A stretch of 64,000 bases of DNA from a virus: positions 33,705-97,704 of the IMG/VR virus record IMGVR_UViG_3300009164_000047. One strand, 5' to 3'. Shown one piece after another: positions 28,701 through 36,900 of the stretch. The position numbers were made by a program, and so were the translations under genes. Within the stretch, counting starts at the first letter, position 1, and every line of letters begins with the position of its first letter. The notes beneath the pieces are model-generated. The model saw only the letters and a program-made list of their open reading frames with translations. It was not told the origin of the DNA and did no database searches.

Positions 28701-31700
28701 TAGTAGTGATGTCACTATTTTTTCTTAGTTGTATTGTAAATGTTTCATTACGTTCAGGTAATTCACTCGCAAGAATGGTAATATTAAATATTCCGGAACC
28801 CGATGATTCGTTCCCAGTTGAGTTTAAGAATGAGCCTGAAGATACTGAAAAGTCATTAGTTGAAGTTGTTAAATGATTTATAGTCCAATATAAAGTTGAT
28901 CCAATAGGAACATTGGTCGTCCTAACTGTATAACTATAAGAAATTCCCTCAGTTACTGATGTTACTGGACTATCAAATGTATAAGTTGGGGTTAATGAAG
29001 TATCGGTAATCAATATAACATCACTTATTGCTACTAAAGGTCCTATTGTAATCAAATCTACATATCTTCTTACTACTATTCTAAAAGACTCAAGACCTTC
29101 TGTCAATCTATCTAACCAGGGGGTAAGTGAAAACGAACCGGTAGAAAGTGCAAAGGTTCCTGAATGGTTGAACATATTTTCTATTATTATTGGAGGTGTT
29201 GAAGTTGAATATACTCTAGGATATGATCCGGTATAAGTTAGTGTTAAATTAAAAGTAGAATTATCAACCATAGACATGTTAGTACATATTAATAATACTG
29301 TATTTGTAATATTTGTTAATTGTACGGGTGTTGATGATATTGTAAAATTAGAAGTGTATAATGCTGTACCTTTAATTATACGTAGATTGCTTATATTTCC
29401 ATTAAAGTATCCATTAGCACCAAACCCAATTCTTGATCTAGTATAAGTGAAGTTGTTAGTAACTGATGCGCTACCCTGGCTTAATCCATCTACGAACATA
29501 TATAATGTCCCGTTTGATCTAGTAACAGCTACATGATACCATCTGTCACGTGCTAGTGCAGTAGTCCCGGTTAGTTTATTAACATTTTTCGTACCAAATA
29601 TTAATCTGTTGCTACTGTTAATATAAAACCCGTAACCTGGCCCTTCTAGCTCACCTGTGCCGGGTGCTGGTACTCTAGTGTCGTATATTGCTTGACTTAC
29701 ATTTATAGTTGTCAAATAAATCCAACATTCTATGGTAAAATCTGAGGTTTCCATAGCAAGTACACTGTTACTATCCATTACTAGAGAACTTGACCCGTTA
29801 AAATTTACAGAAGATGTTAGTGAATTACTTACAAAATCTAAGATAGTAGCAGAACCGTCATTAATCTCCCAATAATAAGACGTAGGATTAACTGAAGTAG
29901 TTTGAAAATTAACAGTTGTAGTAACACCCTCAGACATTACTCTTGGTAATAACGGGAAAGTATATTCTGGGTTCTTTGAAGTATCAACTAACACTATAGG
30001 TGAAACTGACGCTACAATAGTACCAGGTGCAATTGCTGTTCTAAGATTTAATATAAATGATTTATCGCCACCTGTAACTCCCCCTCCTACTGTTGTAATT
30101 GAAAAAGTGCCTACCCCTGCAGTAAGTGTGATTGTTCCCGAAACCGCACCACTAAAATTACCGGCAGCGGTCGTATCATTTACAATATCCCAGTATAATG
30201 TAGTAATTGTAGTATTAATTGCATTTACAGTGTATGTTGTAGTAGTATCCTCATTTATATAAGTACTTGGATTTATAAAATAATATGATTCTGTATTATC
30301 TATTATTGATATAATATTACTAGTAGCAACCACATCTCCGGTAACACTGACTTTTCTAATACTAACAGTAAATGTTTCAGTTGATTCTGTAATCATATCT
30401 ACTGCCGCAGTAGTTATAGTAAATGTTTGTAAATATTGTTGTTTTAAGCTAGTGTTATCAATGATAGTAGTACCATTCAATGTAATTGACCCTGATATTA
30501 CACTTCCGGTAAAATCTGCGGCTGTCGTGGGTGTAGTGTCTATTGTCCAATACAATGTCCCACTATTGACATTACTTATAAATTGTAATGTAACTGATTG
30601 GCCTTCTAATATTGATATTGGTGGGGTAATAAAATTATATGTTGAACCTGCAAATATATCAATAATGCTAGCAGTAACTGCTGGGGTAATGCCTGTAATT
30701 GTTAGATTTTTTGTTCCAGAAAAATCATAAACATCAAGACTAAATGTCTTTGTCCCTACAGTACTTGAATTTGCTATAGGTGTAATACTGAAACTACTTG
30801 TATTATTGTCTATTGTTGTATATCCAGTAACTGAATTAAAATCTGCATTAACTGTAGGAGATATTGGAGTTACTTTCCAAAGTAATTGTGAACCATTAAT
30901 TAAATTAGTTGTGGTTATATTATATGTTATTGTTTGCCCTTCACTTAATGAAGTAATTGGTGTAACAAAAGTAATAGTACTTGGATTAATAGTTACAGAT
31001 GAGCTAGTTTGTAATGTTTGATTTGTGCTATTTTTTACTGCAACGGTAAATGTTTTTGATGTGCCGGTATATACAGATTTTGGAGTGATATAAAACGTAC
31101 CGGTGTTATTGTATATATTAACAGTGCCACTAATACTTACAAAATCAGTTGATATTGTGGGTGAAATTAAATCTATAGACCAGTTTAATCTAGTACCGTT
31201 TGGTACGTCGGTTGTAGTGATTGTAAAAGTACCAGCAGTGTTCACATTAATTGTTGCTGGTGGTGTGATGAACGTAACTGTTGGTGGAATGTCACCCACT
31301 ATTATGGTTACACTAGTAGCTAATAGTAATCCTGACCTAGTACTTAATGAAACTGTAAAATTCTCGTTTGGGTTGGATTCTACTAATAAATCTATTATTG
31401 GTGTAATAGTAAATGTACCTGTGTTACTTGTAACGACTACTGAACCAGTTGCAGAAGAAAAATCGGCATTACTAGATGTTACATTATTGACTGCATAAGT
31501 CAATAATTCTCCATCTCTTAATCTTGTCGTAGAAAATGAAAAAGACCCAACAACCCCTTCATTTACCGAACCACTCGTCAAGTAAATCGAACCAGGTCTG
31601 GAAGTAAAGGTAGCAGTAGGATTGGTTGCTTCAGTTATAGTTATTGGTTGACTAGCCGCCATTATTGTGCCATTAACCGAATCACTTCTTAATTGAACGA

Positions 31701-32721
31701 TAAACGCACCGCCATTATCCCAAACACCGTTATCTGTTACCACAATTGTTTGTCCAAATGTTGCACCAGTTGTAACAAAAGATCCTGACATTGCAATAGA
31801 ACTTAGTGCACCGGTTAGTCCTGAATTTACTATAGTCCAATATAATGTAGACGAAGTAGGCACACTGACTGTAGGAGTATTCCAAGTAATTGAAACAGAA
31901 CCACCTTTAGCAACGGTAGTAGCAGATTGTGATGCCCATGTTGCCCCGTAGGCACCATTTTTAATTGCAAGTATTAAATCAACGTACTTTACCCCTAAGT
32001 TAAATGTTTTTGGTCCTGTACTAGTAAATGGTGCCGAAACACCGGTAGTGTGAAAGTGTTCGCTAGTTGATGCTACTGGTCTAACTTGACCGTTACCCAT
32101 ACCAGCACCGGTATTTTGAGCAGTAAACTGTTGCCCAACCGTTCTGTTATAATAATATGTGTACTGGGGGATTGTAGAGGATTCTGTAGATCCTGTTATA
32201 ATATCCCATTGAGCCTGTGTAGTGCTTCCAAAAGCGGCAATTGTATATTCATTACCTATAATTAAACTACCCACATTTACTACTGAGTTTGGTGCAGCCT
32301 CTGACCAAGAATTTTGGTCATAACTGGGCGCACTCTCGGCAGATGCAAATCCATAATATGTAGGGCGTCTAGGGGTTGTGGGTCCTGGGGCAGGATAAGG
32401 CCACGTATAACCTGTTTCAACAGTTCCAAAGTCTTGTTTAGCTCTAAGAGATACAGTTCCGGAATGTGTATGTGTAGGAAGGTCTATAGTAGCCGGTGAA
32501 GTAGGGTTTGAAAACGGAGAACTCGAAGCTGTTACAGTCATTGCAGTTCCGGGATGAACACTAGTAAAGTTAGTTGTTCCGCCAGTGGTACCACCTAGAA
32601 TACCTATACCTGTAATTACTATTGCGTGGTCACTGACGGTTGTAGTATCTCTTGTCCATCCGCTAGGAGCCGCCCCCATATTAAAAAACTTTTTTGTACC
32701 ATTACCAAACGCTGCTGCCAT
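25705..32721 (-). CDS. Giant fibre/adhesin: collar-like N-terminus, tandem Ig/Calx-beta-like repeats, two LamG modules
   Basis: APSGW...HTH...HFH N-terminus, repeated INEG...LYW...DF...TEG.ETF units, and C-terminal GLQLYLDAG...W.DLSG LamG. Confidence 0.8.
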   Translation of the reverse strand: MAAAFGNGTKKFFNMGAAPSGWTRDTTTVSDHAIVITGIGILGGTTGGTTNFTSVHPGTAMTVTASSSPFSNPTSPATIDLPTHTHSGTVSLRAKQDFGTVETGYTWPYPAPGPTTPRRPTYYGFASAESAPSYDQNSWSEAAPNSVVNVGSLIIGNEYTIAAFGSTTQAQWDIITGSTESSTIPQYTYYYNRTVGQQFTAQNTGAGMGNGQVRPVASTSEHFHTTGVSAPFTSTGPKTFNLGVKYVDLILAIKNGAYGATWASQSATTVAKGGSVSITWNTPTVSVPTSSTLYWTIVNSGLTGALSSIAMSGSFVTTGATFGQTIVVTDNGVWDNGGAFIVQLRSDSVNGTIMAASQPITITEATNPTATFTSRPGSIYLTSGSVNEGVVGSFSFSTTRLRDGELLTYAVNNVTSSNADFSSATGSVVVTSNTGTFTITPIIDLLVESNPNENFTVSLSTRSGLLLATSVTIIVGDIPPTVTFITPPATINVNTAGTFTITTTDVPNGTRLNWSIDLISPTISTDFVSISGTVNIYNNTGTFYITPKSVYTGTSKTFTVAVKNSTNQTLQTSSSVTINPSTITFVTPITSLSEGQTITYNITTTNLINGSQLLWKVTPISPTVNADFNSVTGYTTIDNNTSSFSITPIANSSTVGTKTFSLDVYDFSGTKNLTITGITPAVTASIIDIFAGSTYNFITPPISILEGQSVTLQFISNVNSGTLYWTIDTTPTTAADFTGSVISGSITLNGTTIIDNTSLKQQYLQTFTITTAAVDMITESTETFTVSIRKVSVTGDVVATSNIISIIDNTESYYFINPSTYINEDTTTTYTVNAINTTITTLYWDIVNDTTAAGNFSGAVSGTITLTAGVGTFSITTVGGGVTGGDKSFILNLRTAIAPGTIVASVSPIVLVDTSKNPEYTFPLLPRVMSEGVTTTVNFQTTSVNPTSYYWEINDGSATILDFVSNSLTSSVNFNGSSSLVMDSNSVLAMETSDFTIECWIYLTTINVSQAIYDTRVPAPGTGELEGPGYGFYINSSNRLIFGTKNVNKLTGTTALARDRWYHVAVTRSNGTLYMFVDGLSQGSASVTNNFTYTRSRIGFGANGYFNGNISNLRIIKGTALYTSNFTISSTPVQLTNITNTVLLICTNMSMVDNSTFNLTLTYTGSYPRVYSTSTPPIIIENMFNHSGTFALSTGSFSLTPWLDRLTEGLESFRIVVRRYVDLITIGPLVAISDVILITDTSLTPTYTFDSPVTSVTEGISYSYTVRTTNVPIGSTLYWTINHLTTSTNDFSVSSGSFLNSTGNESSGSGIFNITILASELPERNETFTIQLRKNSDITTTVFAQTPTITLIDPTYPTYAFGVIPASINEGSAGTFNVTTTNIINGTTLYWTLATNAGDFSTINGSVIITNNTGSFSVTPTADLTTEGAEAFTVKIRIGSVIGDVVATSNTVTINDTSTSPPTYAFGVIPTSINEGSAGTFNVTTTDVANATILYWFVDTNTGDFSTINGSFTITSNTGSFSVTPTLDATTEGSETFIVKISTDNQFINVVATSLPVTINDTSTDPTYAFGVIPTSINEGSAGTFNVITTNVVNGTTLYWTIATNSGDFGDFKGSFIITSNTGSFTVTPTADITTEGNETFTVSIRKVSVTGDVVATSNTVTINDTSTDPTYAFGVIPTSINEGSAGTFNVTTTNVANATILFWTIATNSGDFSTINGSFTITSNTGSFSVTPTADLTTEGNETFTVSIRKVSVTGDVVATSNTVTINDTSITPPPTYAFGVIPASINEGSSGTFNVTTTNVANSTILYWFVYTNSGDFSTINGSFTITSNTGSFSVTPTADITTEGNETFIVKISTDSQFVNVVATSNNVTINDTSTSPTYAFGVIPTSINEGSAGTFNVTTTNVANSTTLYWTIATNSGDFSTINGSFTITSNTGSFSVTPTADLTTEGAETFTVSIRTVSVIGDVVATSNTVTINDTSTTPTPAYVSFIGVTDNLSLNWYISEGNYTATFTLTTTNVANGTTLYWTTYAYPGYAVSADDFTDGLLQGTVTVQNNQAVITRTAIADLTTEGTEFFMLEIRETSYTSTPVITSTSSSGINAVSIGDTSTSTPISSGLQLYLDAGKSSSYSGTGQTWKDLSGNGTDGLLHIGSSQLYTGPAFTSATDSSYFSFVSSEAKRVIFSGTPAYQTPIQSASTAFTWSIWVYPVTNSDSSLLMGYRAVGSTFYKLTTQKFEMSPAEIYYMFTLNTWQNITAVYDGSQSGTANMKLYVNGIQVGVRDADQPTFRTTAMPFYVGGDAIANEYASARINQVAVYNRALSAEEVTTNFNRFKKRFGL
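26775..28655. repeat. Six near-identical in-frame tandem repeats of 312-318 bp
   Basis: GGTATTACTCCAAATGC recurs at 27059, 27371, 27689, 28001, 28313 and 28628. Confidence 0.95.
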
Positions 32722-32725
32722 TAAA

Positions 32726-33298
32726 TTATCCTGTTCTTGTGCATAAAATTACATCCAAGTATTTTACACTAAATGAAAAATTACTTGTTAGATCAAATGG
32801 TCCGAACGGAAAAGTACTATAAGGAGATGTTGCAGTATGCGGATGTGCCGCACCACCTCCAGTAGCACTTGTTGCTACTCCGCTGTAACCTTGGTAATAA
32901 CTATAACCTGTCCTACCACCAGGCTGCGCTGGATTACCTACGCCAGCTAAGTCACCATCAGAATTGACATATGTGGTAGATGGAGCAGGGGACGGATAAG
33001 CAGGACCGAGTGGTGAAGCAGGTCCCATTTTGTGAGTATGCGGCTGGATACCACTACCACCTGGCGCCGCCGTCACGCTTGCACTAGTGATACGGTATGA
33101 ACCCCCGACAGCTACTGTGGTTGTGTTTAGTGTTGAAAATGGAACAGTATTTGTAGGACCTGATGCACCTACCGCCCCTGAAGTTACTCTTAGTGCGTAA
33201 TCATTATATGTTGTGTTTTTTGTCCACTTCACTGGTGCGGTTATTTGTCTAAATAACGTGACGCTTCCTGTTGGTATTGATGTAATGATAGTTGCCAT
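32726..33298 (-). CDS. Tail-collar/short fibre-like protein
   Basis: LFRQITAPVKW...ALRV, HTH and HPH motifs, VKYLDVILC. Confidence 0.65.
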   Translation of the reverse strand: MATIITSIPTGSVTLFRQITAPVKWTKNTTYNDYALRVTSGAVGASGPTNTVPFSTLNTTTVAVGGSYRITSASVTAAPGGSGIQPHTHKMGPASPLGPAYPSPAPSTTYVNSDGDLAGVGNPAQPGGRTGYSYYQGYSGVATSATGGGAAHPHTATSPYSTFPFGPFDLTSNFSFSVKYLDVILCTRTG

Positions 33299-33317
33299 AT
33301 ATTAAATGAGTAGTCTT

Positions 33318-33941
33318 TTACTTTTTAGTTGCCACTATTGAATATATATATTTAATTCTTAAATCAATAGTGGCTGAAGATGTTAGTTTTAAACCACCTG
33401 AAAATTGACCGTGACTATGACCTTCACCTGGGGCATTTAAGTTGGTTGGACTATATAGCGGGCTTTCATATGCTAAAACAGTTCTTGAATATGGTCCCGG
33501 GGCATTTGCTGGGTGACCGGTGTAAGCCCCACCAGGTACGTGAACTGGGTTCAACTTGCTCCCGAGTGTTGGTCCCGATGTGTGTGTTGTCGCTGTATTT
33601 AGAAAAGCAGAATTTTTACCATAGTGTAAATGAGATGGCATTTGTGCAACAGTAGTATAGTTTATTCCGGTTTCAAAAAGCCATTCACCTGTTTCTTCAG
33701 GAAATGCAAATACGGTTGAAGGATACGTTGATGAAAAAGGATTTGATCCTCCATCACTCAACGTTGCACCTGTAGTAACTCTAAGTGTCATGTTGCTTGT
33801 ATCTATTTGTGTCCATCCAAGTGGTGCAAATGCTTGAGCAAAAAACATAGTAGTGCCTTTGTATTCTGGTTCAGGATCCGGAATATAAATTCCTATCGCT
33901 GCATAACCTTTTGATCCTGTAATTCCGCTTAATAATGGCAT
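33318..33941 (-). CDS. Tail-collar/short fibre-like protein
   Basis: FFAQAFAPLGW...LRV, QMPSHLH and HSH motifs, IKY. Confidence 0.65.
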   Translation of the reverse strand: MPLLSGITGSKGYAAIGIYIPDPEPEYKGTTMFFAQAFAPLGWTQIDTSNMTLRVTTGATLSDGGSNPFSSTYPSTVFAFPEETGEWLFETGINYTTVAQMPSHLHYGKNSAFLNTATTHTSGPTLGSKLNPVHVPGGAYTGHPANAPGPYSRTVLAYESPLYSPTNLNAPGEGHSHGQFSGGLKLTSSATIDLRIKYIYSIVATKK

Positions 33942-33957
33942 TTAAAACTCACTGGTA

Positions 33958-36900
33958 TTAACTATTGTATGATGCATATGTTCCTGTAACCTGTGTAACT
34001 GCCCCGGATACCACGAATATACTGAAAGAAAAATAATCTACAGCACTAGTAGTACCTGTTGGCACTACACCACCGAACCATTTTACTGTAACAGCGGAGC
34101 CGCCGTTAATTGTAACTGAAGTAGGTGTATATGCTGTAGTACTACCCTGTGCAATTACAATTGTTGCAGTTACTACTCTACTTAGCCCGATACCAACACC
34201 CGGAACATTTGCAAATGCCGCTTGGAAGTTACTACCTACTGATGCATGGTAGAATATAGTACCTGTATTCAAATTGTATGTACCTACTGTAGGGGTAGTA
34301 AGTACCTCTGCAATACCTTGTAAAGTAGTTATACCGTTTACAGTTAAAGTGGTACCTATATTTGCTAGACCTGTTGTAGTTATGTTACCTGAAGTTATGT
34401 TTCCTGTTGTAGACAACGGAACTGTAATATCTTGACTACCATTAAAAGACACACCATTAATGAGTCTTGCTGTAGTTAATGTAGCCGCAGAACCATCTAT
34501 ACTAGTTATACCTGTAAGTGCTTGTGTAGCTGATGTTCTGTTAGTTGTTAAAGCAGTAGTACCTACATAGAATGTTGAAGAAGAAGTAGCCCAACTTAGT
34601 CCACCAGATCCATCAGTTTTTAAAAATTGTCCGTCTGTGCCGCCGGTTATTTTTAGATTTGCCACTGCACCCAGTGATACATTTGCAGTTGTAGTAAAGT
34701 TAACGATACCTGTTGCATTGCTTACAGTTAATCCAGTTAGAGATCCTATACTAGTGATACTTGGTTGTATACCGGTTGCAATTATACCTGTGATATTGTT
34801 GCCGGCAATATTACCTAGTGGATCACGAACCACAATAGTATTCGCAAGACTTGTCACTGAGGTACTATACCCATCTACTAAATCAGCATTTAAGTTGGCA
34901 ACCTTTGTAGTTGTAAGAACAGTAAATGGCGTAGTACCTTGACTTGCTGTGAAATTTATAGAAGAAGGAAAAACTACACCAGAATATACGTTACCGGATG
35001 TATCAATTCTAAATTTACTTAAACCACCTACTCGTAAGTCCATTAATAGACTACTTGAACTACTTGCGGTGTTAATAATATTTGTATATATACCGGTAAA
35101 AATTACTGAACTATTGTTCCATGTTTGTGATACTTGAATAGCAGGATTGCTTGCCGTTGATAATGTACCGGTAGAAATATTAGCAACGTTTGCAAATAAA
35201 TTACCGTTAACCGTTGCTCCAGTTGAACCTACACTAAGAATAACTACATCGTTAACTACAGAATACACATTACTATTATTAAGTATAGCAAGATAACTAG
35301 TGCCATTAGAAAACTGTCCATTAAATGAAGTAGCAGTAATATTACCACCTTTATCAACACTAAATTTACTTGATGTTGTTCCACCGCTAGTTACTTGTAA
35401 ATCAATTAATTTACTAGTTGCACTACTTGTTAAATCTATGATATTTGAATATATACCAGTAAATGCTATAGATGTATTATTCCAAGTTTGTGATACTTGA
35501 ATAGCAGGATTGCTTGCCGTTGATAATGTACCGGTAGAAATAATTGCGTTATTGGCATTTACGTTACCTATAATTGTAATCCCGGAACTACCAACAGTTG
35601 AAATTAATGTACCACCAACTACTGTATTAACATTACCTGCATCCGCAATAATGTTTATGTTAGATGTACCGTTTGATATTTTATCTAAGTTAGTCCATTG
35701 AATTGCAACACCGGTTGACTGAAGTATTTGACCATTTGTACCCGCAGCCGATGTTGTACTGACGTTTGGTCCTGATTGATAGACAACCCCACCTGTAACA
35801 CCACCTGCAATATTAGCAGTAAACGCAGTACCGTTGATGCTAACACCAGTAAGTGTCTGATTAGCACTTGTTCTGTTTAATGCGATACTAGTAGTACCGA
35901 TATAATGAACATCAGTTGGTTTAGAAATATTTGTTAATGCTGCCCCGTTGCCGATATAGTTGTTAGCACGTATGTTGCCATACGATGTTATAGTCACTAC
36001 TTCATTAGTTGTAGTTACAATATTTGCAAATACAAATTCATTGGTGTATGTTTTATACCCAATAAATGCATCTGCTATAAGAAAAGAACCTGAACTTAGC
36101 ACAGGCCCAGTTTGGTCAACAGTCGGGTTATTAAATAATGTAAATGCTACTGGTGTGGTACTATTATCTACTATACTCGCACTTTGGAATGTTAATAATG
36201 CTACAGTTCCTGTAATACTTGTTACAACTGATCCAGTAGAACCTACAGTAGTGTTATTTAAAACAGTAAGTCCTGGATTAAATGCCCCAATAAATATGCC
36301 TTGATTTTTAATTAAACGGAAGTTGCTAATTGAACCATTGTAATATAATGTATTGACGAGAGCAGATTGGTAGCTTGCCCCAAATGTATTCCAAGTAATT
36401 GCACTTGACCCTACAGCAGATGAATATGTAGTAGAGCCGGCAGCCACTCCGTTAATATAAATTGTAACTGTAGAACCTATTCTTGATACTGCTATATGTG
36501 ACCATTCACCGGCAACAATAGCAATTGATGAAAATAAACCAAAGCTGAGAACCGCACTGTAATATTTTGTGCCGGTAGCATAGTCTCCAAATATAGCATT
36601 ATATCCGCTGTTTGCCGCAATAATTGTTGCAGTACTTTTACCTACAAAAGTTTCTTCAGTTTTACTAACTGAAAAAGGTGAAATAGTAGCACCTGCAACA
36701 AAGTTAGGCATAGTTCCTGAACCTGAAGTTCCGTATGATGCAAGTAATACTGATGTTAACACTGTTCCACTAGGAGCAGTTATTGTAGTGTTTGTTCCTT
36801 CTGGTACGTTAAGAGTAGTGTTTACTATACCAAAACTAACAAACGGTTTACCATTTGTGTGTATGCCAATACTAAATGCACTAGCACCTGCACCCTGACT

